From the IMG/VR virus record IMGVR_UViG_3300005681_000033, positions 32,001 through 96,000 of that record: a DNA stretch of 64,000 nucleotides. One strand, written 5' to 3'. The number at the start of each line of letters is the position of its first letter. The first letter of the stretch is position 1. Origin of the DNA: a virus. A program made the position numbers and the translations under genes. Below, piece after piece: positions 46,378 through 56,006 of the stretch. The notes beneath the pieces are model-generated. The model saw only the letters and a program-made list of their open reading frames with translations. It did not search any database and was not told the origin of the DNA.

Positions 46378-46574
46378 TGTTTTAGTCAACAAATCACCCT
46401 AAATACTTAAAAACACTAGGTTTTGGTTTTTTATTTTGGGAAGATTTGGTTTTCCAAAACTGAATAAAATCAATAGGTTAGACCTATAAAAGGTCAAAAA
46501 TACTAATCATTTACCTTGTATTGACGATTCAAAACGTCTAGGGCATAAATCAACCAATTTTTGGAGGAAAAACT

Positions 46575-46970
46575 ATGAAATCACTTGCAAAAGCTGATGC
46601 ATTGGCTCGTGGCTTAAAAGAACGTCTTCAATTCCGTGGCTATTCAGTCGCTGAATCAAGAGACGCTGAAGGCTGGCCAAAGCTAACACTTAACACTAAC
46701 GAAGCTTCATTGAAGATCGTTGCTGCTGACGCAGTTTCTAAAGATATTTTTGGAAACAGTCTAGTTGCTTTCGCACCACACAAAGTTGAATTCGCTTCTC
46801 GTGACGATGCTATGAGCACGTTAAAAGTAGCTCAAATTCAAACTGAACTTGTTAAATGTGGAATCGAAAAGCAAATCGTAAAAACCCACGCTACTGTTTT
46901 GGCTACTGCCGAAGCTGCTGCTGGAACTGAAATCAATTTTGATGTTCAATGGCCTACTAAGGGCGTTTAA
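46575..46970 (+). CDS. putative head protein (capsid-associated)
   Basis: strong GGAGG RBS, biased codon usage like the capsid gene, first gene of capsid operon, N-terminal LAKA. Confidence 0.6.
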   Translation: MKSLAKADALARGLKERLQFRGYSVAESRDAEGWPKLTLNTNEASLKIVAADAVSKDIFGNSLVAFAPHKVEFASRDDAMSTLKVAQIQTELVKCGIEKQIVKTHATVLATAEAAAGTEINFDVQWPTKGV

Positions 46971-46995
46971 TTAACACTGGAAGGAGTGCATATTT

Positions 46996-47709
46996 ATGAA
47001 GAAAAAATATTCTGATAAAGATATGGCCGCTCTGATTGGTGAAATTGAAACTCATTTCAACACTGTGTTGAAGTCACAAACTGAACCAACAGATCTTAAA
47101 AAATCTGAAGAAGCAAATGAAGTAAAAGTTGAGGAAACTCAAGTAGCTACACCTGCTCCTACTGAATTTGGTTACGACGAAAAAGACATTCAAGAAATGA
47201 ACGAAATGTATTCATCTATGACAAAATCTGAAGCTAAAGCTCACTTTGAAGCTCTGAAAGCTGCCCACTTTCAAGAAACTCAAGAAGCTCCTGCTAAAGA
47301 AGAGGTTATTGCTAAGTCTGAAATCAAAGAAGTTCAAGCTTCTGAAAACGACGAAACAAAACTTTTAAAGTCAGAAATTGAAACACTGAAATCAGAAAAA
47401 GAAAAACTGGAAAAATCATTTAACGATCTAACTGCAAAATTGATTGCGTTTGTTAAAGGCTCTAAAGCTCCAAAGCAAAAAGCCGTTACTCAATTGCAAT
47501 ATGTAGCAAAATCTGAAGATGAGGTTAAGGTTGAAGAGAAAAAAGAAGATGTGTCTAAATTAGACAAAACTGAAATTTCTCGAAGACTTACTGCTCAAAT
47601 CCGTTCTGGAAAACTAGAAAAAAGCGAGCGCGAAAAAATCAACAATTTCTACCAATCAGGTAGTAAAAATATTGAGTCTATTAGACATCTATTAACAGGA
47701 GGAAACTAA
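46996..47709 (+). CDS. capsid scaffolding protein
   Basis: E/K-rich coiled coil directly before capsid gene; nine xxKS motifs. Confidence 0.75.
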   Translation: MKKKYSDKDMAALIGEIETHFNTVLKSQTEPTDLKKSEEANEVKVEETQVATPAPTEFGYDEKDIQEMNEMYSSMTKSEAKAHFEALKAAHFQETQEAPAKEEVIAKSEIKEVQASENDETKLLKSEIETLKSEKEKLEKSFNDLTAKLIAFVKGSKAPKQKAVTQLQYVAKSEDEVKVEEKKEDVSKLDKTEISRRLTAQIRSGKLEKSEREKINNFYQSGSKNIESIRHLLTGGN

Positions 47710-47710
47710 A

Positions 47711-49105
47711 ATGGTCGAACAACTAAACGATCTATTAAAAGCCCTTGAAGCAGGTTCATACAACGCTGCTCCAGGTCAGCTTGTACAAGGAGCTGCGTTG
47801 CAGGTGGAAGATCTTTCTCCTGTGATGGAAAACGTCACTTTTGACGACAGCCACATCAAACTTCAGAAGATGCTTAGCATTAAAGATGCAAAAAGCACTC
47901 TGATCCAATTCAACCGTCAGCTTGACTACGGTATTTTCGGCGGATCTGCTCAGTATGAAGGCGGAATCGGTGAAGAAGATACATCGAACTACGTTCGTGC
48001 TATCGTTCCAATGGCTTACTACAGCACAACTCGACGAGTTTCTGTTGCAGCTAACCTAATTGGTGCAGTAGATGGTAAAAAAGCGGAAGATAGATCAGCT
48101 TCTGATGCTGCTATGAAACTTTCTGCGGATATCGAATTCGATTCTTTCCGTGGACAAGCAGATTTCAGCAATGCTGGTATTTTCGATGGTAACCCAAATG
48201 CTATCGCTGATATCCCTAACATGGTTGGTGTTGATGCTCAAATCCGTATGTCTGACAGCTTGTCAAACACACAAGATTTGATGTTTGCTGAATACGGTTC
48301 AGATCAAACAGTTATCGTTTCTGTAAACGGAACTTTGACTCAAACTTCAATCGAAGATATGTCAGTTAAATCTGCAATGCAACATGGTTCTGCAGATAAA
48401 TTAATTCTTGACCCAATTTCTTTAAGTGCTTACAACAAAATTGCTTTTGCAAAAGAGCGTATCATGTTGTCAGGTTCACCTCAAGAAGCTACTGGTGCTG
48501 AGTTGAGAAAACAATGGACAAGCTCTGCTCTTGTTTCATTAGAGCCTTCTCGTTTCCTTTCTGGAAAAACTCGCCCTGCACGTTCTCGCGCTGGTTCTCC
48601 TGCGGCTCCTGCTACTTTAACAAGTGCTGCTGCTGCTAACCCTGCTTCTAACTTGGCTGCTGGTACATACGTGTACAAAGCAACTGCAGTTAATGAGCGT
48701 GGTGAGTCAGTTGAGAAAGTTGATGATGGTGGAGCACAAGCTGTTGCCGCTGGTGAAGCTGTTACTTTAACTATCGCTCCTGTTTCTGGTGCTAAATACT
48801 TTAACGTATATCGTTCTGAAGACGGTGGAAGCGCAGCTTCTGCAAAATTCATCGGTAAAGTTAAGGCTGCTGGTTCTGGTAATACTTCTTTCATCGACCT
48901 TGGCAATCGCCGACCTGGTTCTGTTACTGGATTCTTAATCCAAGCTAACACAATGGGTATGCACCAATTGTCTCCATATAGCCGATTGAAATTAGCTCTT
49001 AGTGACTTGTCACTTCCAGAAGCTCACTTCCGATTCCTTTGCTTGGCTGCTTACCAACCACGCAAAAACGTATTGGCTGAGAACATCGAAGGTCAGTTAT
49101 CTTAA
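47711..49105 (+). CDS. major capsid protein (Herelleviridae A511/K-like)
   Basis: LLKA..G...G.AL..E.L...T.....ST..Q..R...G....E.G; IE..SF.G; C-terminal FN3-like Y.YK.TAVN..GES..YFNVYR. Confidence 0.88.
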   Translation: MVEQLNDLLKALEAGSYNAAPGQLVQGAALQVEDLSPVMENVTFDDSHIKLQKMLSIKDAKSTLIQFNRQLDYGIFGGSAQYEGGIGEEDTSNYVRAIVPMAYYSTTRRVSVAANLIGAVDGKKAEDRSASDAAMKLSADIEFDSFRGQADFSNAGIFDGNPNAIADIPNMVGVDAQIRMSDSLSNTQDLMFAEYGSDQTVIVSVNGTLTQTSIEDMSVKSAMQHGSADKLILDPISLSAYNKIAFAKERIMLSGSPQEATGAELRKQWTSSALVSLEPSRFLSGKTRPARSRAGSPAAPATLTSAAAANPASNLAAGTYVYKATAVNERGESVEKVDDGGAQAVAAGEAVTLTIAPVSGAKYFNVYRSEDGGSAASAKFIGKVKAAGSGNTSFIDLGNRRPGSVTGFLIQANTMGMHQLSPYSRLKLALSDLSLPEAHFRFLCLAAYQPRKNVLAENIEGQLS

Positions 49106-49131
49106 TTGATAACGACTAAATATTAGTCCTT

Positions 49132-49168
49132 AAAAAGGGTTGTAGTTTTTGCTACAACCCTTTTTTTT
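49132..49168 (+). terminator. Rho-independent terminator (possibly bidirectional)
   Basis: AAAAAGGGTTGTAG-loop-CTACAACCC-T8 after capsid gene. Confidence 0.9.
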
Positions 49169-49193
49169 GCCTTTTTTGTGGTATTATCACTAT

Positions 49194-49565
49194 ATGGAAA
49201 GGCGAAAATGCATCTATACAGGCCAAGAAGCCAATTATACAGATTCTGTGATTCCCAAAAGGAATGACGAAGCTCGCCATAATTGGGCAAATAAAGTGCC
49301 TGCCAATTCTAATTATCAAAAGAGCAATCGCTTACCCACAGACCTTGAAATGGAAGCCAGCCGACTATTTTATATGTTGGAAATGGCCAAAAATGAGGTC
49401 AATTACCTGGAATTGAAGCTTCAGGAAGTGCAAGAAAAAATTACCGGTAAAAAAGCCGAAGAAATTGAAAAAGCCTATCATATTAAAGATTTAACCGAGT
49501 CTTTTGAAGAACAGGTAAGGCAATCGGAAGATACAGCTAAAAAAAATATTTGGGATGAATTTTAA
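49194..49565 (+). CDS. degenerate HNH-like protein (start MERRK, apparently leaderless)
   Basis: CIYTG..A..TDSVIP......N.VP resembles the HNH core without its His/Cys ligands. Confidence 0.55.
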   Translation: MERRKCIYTGQEANYTDSVIPKRNDEARHNWANKVPANSNYQKSNRLPTDLEMEASRLFYMLEMAKNEVNYLELKLQEVQEKITGKKAEEIEKAYHIKDLTESFEEQVRQSEDTAKKNIWDEF

Positions 49566-49924
49566 TGTCAATTTTAAGAAAAAAACGTTATTCAGGTTCG
49601 GATTCTGATGGAACCAACATTGTCAATCTTAAGGATAAGATTCATGGTAGTTGTGAATTTAGACTAAACAAGAAAAAAACATTTTTTACAAATGACTACA
49701 CATATTTGTATGCAAATGAAGTTGACGATGATGGCGATTATGTGTATGATGGTGAAATAGGTGTCAATAAGGCTAAATACAAAGCCCATGACAATAGTTG
49801 GTTTGATGAATTAAAAGACCAACCCTTCTTTCGTCGAGAAGATATTGAATCTATTGGTGATATTGATGTTGGTGAATTATTGGATATTTTAGAAGAAATG
49901 GAAATTAACGAGGAGAATTCATGA
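49565..49924 (+). CDS. hypothetical protein, acidic C-terminus
   Basis: TAATG coupling. Confidence 0.65.
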   Translation: MSILRKKRYSGSDSDGTNIVNLKDKIHGSCEFRLNKKKTFFTNDYTYLYANEVDDDGDYVYDGEIGVNKAKYKAHDNSWFDELKDQPFFRREDIESIGDIDVGELLDILEEMEINEENS

Positions 49925-50925
49925 GCGAAGAACAAAAAGATAAGTCTGGTTTTTTTAAGGTTAAAAGCATTACAGATGTAAAAGATCTTAAAAAAGATTC
50001 CAAGATTCCAGAATCAGACTTGACCATTCAAGAAAATGGTAAAATTTATCAGTTTGAGCACGTAGAGCCAGAAGAAGAAAGACCAGCAGAGTTAATCAAG
50101 CCCGGTTCTTTTACACTTGAGGATACTTCGTTTGGAATTAAACTCAAGAAAATGCCTCTTAGAAACTACAATTTATTGAAGTCTATTGACAACACCAAGG
50201 CAATTTTAGCAGAAGCTAATAAATTTTTCAGCAAGCTTGATGTTTATAAAGAATTGAAACGTGATCCTAAGCGTGCAGTACTTCTTTGCTCTCCTCCAGG
50301 AGTTGGTAAAACAGCAGCTATTACAGATGTTTGTCAACATTTCTTGAAAGATAAAAATACAAGTGTTGTGACTTGGGATACTTCTGCAACAAGATCATCT
50401 TCTATTAATCGTTTCTTTTTGCAATACAGTCAATTTCACAAGAAAACAGAGCGTTTTATCTTCGTAATGGAAGATATTGGTGGTGGGACTGTTGAAGAAA
50501 ACCACGGACCTCGTGGAACTGATTCTTCATTGTTAAATTTGCTTGATGGTATCGGAAATCCTTTTAAAGGAGTTCCAACTTTTATTATTGCTACAACTAA
50601 CAATCCTGAGCAATCTGTAGGTGCGTTGATTGATAGACCTGGTCGTTTTGATAAGGTTATTGAGCTTAAAACACCAAATGAAAAAGAATGTCTTGATTTG
50701 CTTGCATTTATTGCAGGTAAAAAATTGACAGAAGAAGATGAAGATGCAGCTAGATTAGCCGCTAAAAACAAATTTTCCATTGCCCATTTACAAGAAGTTG
50801 TTGTTAGATCGCGCCTTGATGATGTGTCTATGTTAGCCGTTGTTGAACAATTGGTAGCGCACAAAGCAAGAGTAAAAAGCGCATTTCAAGACACTCGATT
50901 GTTAGGAATCGGCAGACAAGATTAG
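49921..50925 (+). CDS. AAA+ ATPase
   Basis: SPPGVGKT, FVMEDI, LLNLLDG, ATTN, RPGRFD. Confidence 0.9.
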   Translation: MSEEQKDKSGFFKVKSITDVKDLKKDSKIPESDLTIQENGKIYQFEHVEPEEERPAELIKPGSFTLEDTSFGIKLKKMPLRNYNLLKSIDNTKAILAEANKFFSKLDVYKELKRDPKRAVLLCSPPGVGKTAAITDVCQHFLKDKNTSVVTWDTSATRSSSINRFFLQYSQFHKKTERFIFVMEDIGGGTVEENHGPRGTDSSLLNLLDGIGNPFKGVPTFIIATTNNPEQSVGALIDRPGRFDKVIELKTPNEKECLDLLAFIAGKKLTEEDEDAARLAAKNKFSIAHLQEVVVRSRLDDVSMLAVVEQLVAHKARVKSAFQDTRLLGIGRQD

Positions 50926-50927
50926 TT

Positions 50928-51650
50928 ATGATTACAATCACTACAATTTCCGACACCCATGGTCAACATGATAAGATTGATGTGGGGTCGGGAGACCTTA
51001 TTTTACATGCTGGGGATTGCACGTCTCGCGGTGACATGGACGCCATTGAAAATTTTCTTCGATGGTATGGTGATTTAGACTTTGAAATGAAAGTTTTAAT
51101 TGCTGGAAACCATGATTTTGGATTTGAAAGCACTCCTAAGTTTTGTGAAGAATTGTGTAAAAACTACGGAGTTGTTTTACTTAACGACTCTGGTGTTAAA
51201 TTTAAAGGTTTGAATATTTGGGGTTCGCCTGTTCAACCTTGGTTTTTCAATTGGGCGTTCAATCGCCATAGAACGGAAGCTGCGGCCACTGCAAAACACC
51301 CGTTCATTGGTACTCATTGGGATATGATTCCTAAAAATACAGATATTTTGCTTACCCATGGGCCAGCTGGTGGTATTTTAGACAAAACAGCCGATCGATA
51401 TGATCGACTTGGTGAACATGTAGGTTGTGGATTATTGCGCAAAAAAATTGAAGAGATTAGACCGGTACTTCACGTAGCAGGTCATATTCACGAGGACCGT
51501 GGTGTTAAAGTTGAATTTGACCCACTACACGGCCCAATTACTTATTGCAATGCATCGTCGCTAGACCTTAGATATAAGCCGTATCCAGAAAAACCGTTTA
51601 GATTTGACTGGGACCGTCTTATTATTGGCCAAAGCCACGGGGCAGATTAG
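50928..51650 (+). CDS. metallophosphoesterase (MPP_239FB-like)
   Basis: SDTH, HAGD, GNHD, THGP, GHIHE. Confidence 0.9.
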   Translation: MITITTISDTHGQHDKIDVGSGDLILHAGDCTSRGDMDAIENFLRWYGDLDFEMKVLIAGNHDFGFESTPKFCEELCKNYGVVLLNDSGVKFKGLNIWGSPVQPWFFNWAFNRHRTEAAATAKHPFIGTHWDMIPKNTDILLTHGPAGGILDKTADRYDRLGEHVGCGLLRKKIEEIRPVLHVAGHIHEDRGVKVEFDPLHGPITYCNASSLDLRYKPYPEKPFRFDWDRLIIGQSHGAD

Positions 51651-51786
51651 GAAGATCGTTGCCATTTTCATCTTTTGTCTTTAAAAAAGCCTCAAAAAGA
51701 TCGAAAAGTGCCGTTTGGTCTGGAGTTGCTATTGATTCTTCGTCCATTACTTCCTTTAAAGCTAAATTTTGTTGTTCTTGAGTCAT
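51622..51786 (-). CDS. small antisense-oriented protein (54 aa, MTQEQQ...)
   Basis: GGGAGG RBS before ATG at 51786; fills gap between + strand genes. Confidence 0.55.
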   Translation of the reverse strand: MTQEQQNLALKEVMDEESIATPDQTALFDLFEAFLKTKDENGNDLPNLPRGFGQ

Positions 51787-51865
51787 AAAATTCCTCCCTT
51801 TTATGGTAATATAACAAGGTAGAGATAATTTTTCAAGCGTTGGTATCAAAAGGAGACGTATATTC

Positions 51866-53623
51866 ATGAAAAAAGTTAAAACACCTGCTAAAATGTTTAA
51901 CAGCAATTTAGTCGAGTTAGAAAATATCGTAGTGAGAACTATCGATAAAATTGACCGCATTGTAGGCTCTTCACTGGGTCCAGGTGGACGCAATGTGATT
52001 ATTGAGTCCGAATTACCCGGCATTCCGAATAAGAACACTAAGGACGGAGTGACGATCTTTAAATCATTAGGGTCAAATGACGCATATGAACATCTCATTA
52101 TCGAACAGACTCGTGATGTGGCTATTCGAACGGTAAACGAAGCTGGTGATGGAACTACCACAGCCACAGTTGTAGCCTCAGCTTTTATTAAGAATCTTTT
52201 TCGTTATTGCGCAGAAAATAGAAAAAACAGCCCTCAAAAAGTTACACGTGAAATCCAAAAGATTGTTGAGGGTAAGCTAATCCCACAAATTCGAGAATCT
52301 GCAATTAAAGTAACTCCTAAAAACCAAGATCTATTAGAAAAAGTAGCCACTGTATCTGCAAACGGCGATAAGGAAATGGCCAAGGCTGTGATGGAAGCCT
52401 TTGAAAAGGTTGGCTTTGGAAGTAATTCACATGTTACTATTCAAGAGCTTTCTGGCCCTTCTGGATATGAAACAGAATTGATTCGTGGCTTTCCTATCGA
52501 AAAAGGATATGAAGAATCAATTGGTAAATTTCATGCTAGTTTTATTAACGACCAGGGACACCAAAGATGCGTTCTTGACAATCCTCTATTTATTTTATTT
52601 GATGGAAATATCAATGATTTAGTACAGGTACATGAAATTTTAACACATATTGGTCAAGAATATGTATCTGGAAATGCTGATTTTAAAAACGTAGTCGTTG
52701 TTGCTCATAAATTCCAAGATCAAGTTTTAACCAACTGGGCATGGAATTTTAGTAATCCCAACACCATTAATGTTGTTCCTCTGCAAACACCTATGGTACC
52801 TATGGTTAACGGTCAAATGCAATTCTTAATGGATCTATCAGCGTTCACGGGCGCAAAAATTTTTGATATGAACAATCCTTTGATCGAGGCTACTCCTGAC
52901 GATCTTGGTAAAAACATGAGTAAGATCGAAATTAGTCGTTTTCGCACTACTATTGTTGGAGAATCAGACGCTACAAATGTAGAAGTGAGAGCTGAAGAAA
53001 TTCAAACAATGATTAAAAATGCAGCCTCTAAACTTGAAAAGAATATTTTAGAAGAGCGTCTTGGTAAATTAACCAGTGGCATTGCACAGTTAAAGATTTA
53101 TGGTGCCTCTAATGGTGAATTAAAAGAGAAATCAGATCGAGCAGAAGATGCTGTTTGTGCAGTTCGAGCTGCCATTAACCATGGTTGTTTACCTGGTGGA
53201 TGTCGAACACTGATTAATTTAGCAATGAGTTTGTCAGAAGAAACAGACCCTATGGTTCATTCTGTCATCATCCCTTCTTTATTTGCACCGTTTCATAGAT
53301 TACTTGAAAATGCTGGATATAGTCCTGAAGAGATCGAGAAGCTTATTGTTAAAATGATCGAAAAGCCAAATCATGTTTATGATGTTGAAAATGCTACTTT
53401 TGGAGATTTCAAAAAAATGGGAGTGTATGATGCTGCCATGGCCGTTGAACAGGCTCTAAAAAATGCAGTTTCTATTTCATCGGTTATGGGAACTCTAGGT
53501 GGTATTGTTGCTTTCCCTAGAGACAATCAATTAGAAAATCAAGAACATAAAGAAGCTATGAATTTCCAAAGAACTATTGACAATGCACAGTCTTTGGCAA
53601 ACGAAGCAAATGAGAGGCCATAA
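51866..53623 (+). CDS. groEL: GroEL-like chaperonin
   Basis: SLGPGGRNV, TKDGVT, AGDGTTTATV, SANGD, ERLGKL, EDAV.A.RAA..G.LPGG. Confidence 0.92.
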   Translation: MKKVKTPAKMFNSNLVELENIVVRTIDKIDRIVGSSLGPGGRNVIIESELPGIPNKNTKDGVTIFKSLGSNDAYEHLIIEQTRDVAIRTVNEAGDGTTTATVVASAFIKNLFRYCAENRKNSPQKVTREIQKIVEGKLIPQIRESAIKVTPKNQDLLEKVATVSANGDKEMAKAVMEAFEKVGFGSNSHVTIQELSGPSGYETELIRGFPIEKGYEESIGKFHASFINDQGHQRCVLDNPLFILFDGNINDLVQVHEILTHIGQEYVSGNADFKNVVVVAHKFQDQVLTNWAWNFSNPNTINVVPLQTPMVPMVNGQMQFLMDLSAFTGAKIFDMNNPLIEATPDDLGKNMSKIEISRFRTTIVGESDATNVEVRAEEIQTMIKNAASKLEKNILEERLGKLTSGIAQLKIYGASNGELKEKSDRAEDAVCAVRAAINHGCLPGGCRTLINLAMSLSEETDPMVHSVIIPSLFAPFHRLLENAGYSPEEIEKLIVKMIEKPNHVYDVENATFGDFKKMGVYDAAMAVEQALKNAVSISSVMGTLGGIVAFPRDNQLENQEHKEAMNFQRTIDNAQSLANEANERP

Positions 53624-54048
53624 TGACAGCTATTAAAATTGACCCAGAATTGGTAAAACAATACGCTCGCGTAAAAAACATTTCTGAAGAAGAGGCACAT
53701 AAGCGTCTTGAAGAAAATATGGTTAAGGAAGCTGTCGAAGTTGATTTGCGTCAGCAATATCAGGTTTTAATTAATGCTTTTAGAAAAATGCAACCACAAC
53801 TTCAAGGTGTGGTTTTACGTGAAAGTGACACAAATTTAAAGCTAATGGACCTTGACAATAGAATGAAAGAATTGATTGCTAAACTTGAATTTGAGCGTGA
53901 AACATACGCCAAATCAATGAAAATTCTTAATGATATTGTTAAGGTAGATCATGAAACAATGGAACGTATTAAAAAATTAGAAGATGCTCTGAATACATCT
54001 TTCTACCAAAAGGTTTTAAACAAAATTAAATGGATGCTCAAGCGTTAA
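53623..54048 (+). CDS. coiled-coil hypothetical protein
   Basis: helical heptads; lies between GroEL and TerL. Confidence 0.65.
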   Translation: MTAIKIDPELVKQYARVKNISEEEAHKRLEENMVKEAVEVDLRQQYQVLINAFRKMQPQLQGVVLRESDTNLKLMDLDNRMKELIAKLEFERETYAKSMKILNDIVKVDHETMERIKKLEDALNTSFYQKVLNKIKWMLKR

Positions 54049-55913
54049 GTCTATACTCTCCTCAGGAACTTGAAGAGATCAAGAAAAAACTGGTACTCAA
54101 GCCTCTCAACAACGTACAAGAGTTGAGAGCTTGGATGTATTTGTTTTTTAATATTGACTTTCCATCGGGTGTTGTATATCCAACATCCACACATGGTCCA
54201 GCCGATGCTATGTGGCGTATTTATGAATTAATGAAAACAGGTCAGTCTCAAGACACGCCACAGGTGACCATGCTTTCAAGTCGAGACTCCTTTAAAACCT
54301 TAAGTGCTGCTGCACTTGAGGTGTTGTGCTTTATCCATTTCAAAATCAGTATTGCACACGCTGCAGCTGTGGTTGATCAATCTGACAAAGCTGTTCAATA
54401 TGCCAATGGATTTTTCCGTGAATTGAGACCATATCTTGAATATCACGGTTGGCAACGTGCTACTGATAATAAAAAGAAAATTGAGTGGATTACCGATACA
54501 GGTGAATCCATTTATCTACGAATTCTAGTAATGAGCATTCGTGGTATGAACTCTGAACATTTACCTATGCTTTTTATCGATGAGGTTGACATTGTACAAG
54601 ACGTGCGAGCCCTTAAAGAAGCAAAGATGGTTCCTTCGCTTTATAAAGAATACTTTCCCTTAACTGTTTATCTTTCCACTCGTAAATTTGCCGGTGGATT
54701 GATGGAAAAAACACTAAAGGAAACTTTAGCCGCTGGTGGAGAGGTTCTGCGTTGGAACATCTTGGATGTAACAGAAAGAATTACCAGGGAAGAGGCTAGG
54801 GCTGATGAGCCGAAGGTTGTTCGCTACCTTTCGCGTCAACTTCCAATGGAAAATCTTTCTCCTGAGGACTGGAATAAGCTTCAGGATGAAAAAAAGAACG
54901 ATTATGAAAGATTTGAAGCTTATGCTGGAATTGCTCTACACCCAATGCTTCCAGTTATGCATAATTATTTGGTTGATAGACCGGGTGACGATGTTGGTGG
55001 GCTTTATAAAAAGGTAGCTGCGGTTAGAAATAACTTTAAACAAGTACCTGCAGATATGGGTGAAGCACAGCTTTTGTGTAATAAACCTTCATCTAGTGGC
55101 TTGGTGTATCCACGCTTTGATAATCAAAAGAACGTCTTAAGTGTCAAAGAAGCAATTCAAAGACTTTTAGGTGAAGATGTCAATATTGATAGTTTTGAAT
55201 ACCTAAAAGACCATTTAAAATCCCTTGGTGTTACGATTATTGGTGGTGGTGACTGGGGATATACGGATTACACGGTTTTGGTTGTTATTGCTTTAATGCC
55301 TGGTGGTGAAGCTTGGCTGTTAGATACCTTTATCCAACAACATTTGGAACTTGACGATATTGTGAAATATGGCAGTGAGCTGCAAAATACATGGAATGTC
55401 GACCGTTGGTTTGTCGACCAAAACTACCCTGCTTATTTAAAGACTTTAAAGCGTAAGGCTGGAATGAAGTGTCCTTCTTTTGACAAAGTGGTCGAAGATG
55501 GCATTACTGGTCTACAGGGTAAAATTGTTGATTCTATGAATGTTCGTCGTTTTTTTGTTGTTGACACCCCAAACAATAAAATTGTAATCGACTCTTTTGG
55601 TGAGTATAAATGGCAATTAGACGGCAAGGGTGAAATCATTGAGGGTAAGCCATACCATGATAAGGATGGCGTTGCCGATGTTATGGATGCCATTAGATAC
55701 CCAGCTCAAAATATGTTTATTAAGGGCAAAAAAGTCATCCATACCTCAACTGGTAATCCAAAAGACATGAAACCAGTACAAACTATTGAAAAGAATAAGG
55801 AAATCGTAACACAAGTAAACAACAATATCATGAAGAATAAAATTCAAGAGCTTACGCAAGGTGCGAACCCAGCAGCCAATGTTAGGCGAAAAGGGCGTAT
55901 ATATTGGGGTTGA
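54030..55913 (+). CDS. terL: terminase large subunit
   Basis: SRDSFKT (Walker A variant), LFIDE (Walker B), LST, GLVYPRF, GGDWGY nuclease Asp, D.MDAIRY. Confidence 0.85.
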   Translation: MDAQALSLYSPQELEEIKKKLVLKPLNNVQELRAWMYLFFNIDFPSGVVYPTSTHGPADAMWRIYELMKTGQSQDTPQVTMLSSRDSFKTLSAAALEVLCFIHFKISIAHAAAVVDQSDKAVQYANGFFRELRPYLEYHGWQRATDNKKKIEWITDTGESIYLRILVMSIRGMNSEHLPMLFIDEVDIVQDVRALKEAKMVPSLYKEYFPLTVYLSTRKFAGGLMEKTLKETLAAGGEVLRWNILDVTERITREEARADEPKVVRYLSRQLPMENLSPEDWNKLQDEKKNDYERFEAYAGIALHPMLPVMHNYLVDRPGDDVGGLYKKVAAVRNNFKQVPADMGEAQLLCNKPSSSGLVYPRFDNQKNVLSVKEAIQRLLGEDVNIDSFEYLKDHLKSLGVTIIGGGDWGYTDYTVLVVIALMPGGEAWLLDTFIQQHLELDDIVKYGSELQNTWNVDRWFVDQNYPAYLKTLKRKAGMKCPSFDKVVEDGITGLQGKIVDSMNVRRFFVVDTPNNKIVIDSFGEYKWQLDGKGEIIEGKPYHDKDGVADVMDAIRYPAQNMFIKGKKVIHTSTGNPKDMKPVQTIEKNKEIVTQVNNNIMKNKIQELTQGANPAANVRRKGRIYWG

Positions 55914-55968
55914 TTTTCATTTTTTTGCGCAAAAACAGCCATTTGGGTCTAAAAATTCGCAAAAAATA

Positions 55969-55977
55969 CAATCTTTA
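55969..55977 (+). promoter_or_regulatory. candidate late promoter CAATCTTTA
   Basis: exact motif on + strand 30 nt before 56007 ATG. Confidence 0.6.
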
Positions 55978-56006
55978 TATAAAAGCTCATAGATTTTGGA
56001 GAAAAA

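Noticed and set aside
46504-46513. TAATCATTTA as the late promoter of the capsid operon
   Set aside because: It deviates from CAATCTTTA in an AT-rich region; plausible but not supportable without TSS data
51866-53623. GroEL, kinase and phosphoesterases as host chromosome (prophage boundary)
   Set aside because: They are divergent, interleaved with virion genes and coupled to them; no integrase or att site was seen
53623-54048. Terminase small subunit
   Set aside because: Position fits, but only a generic coiled coil is visible; no supporting motif
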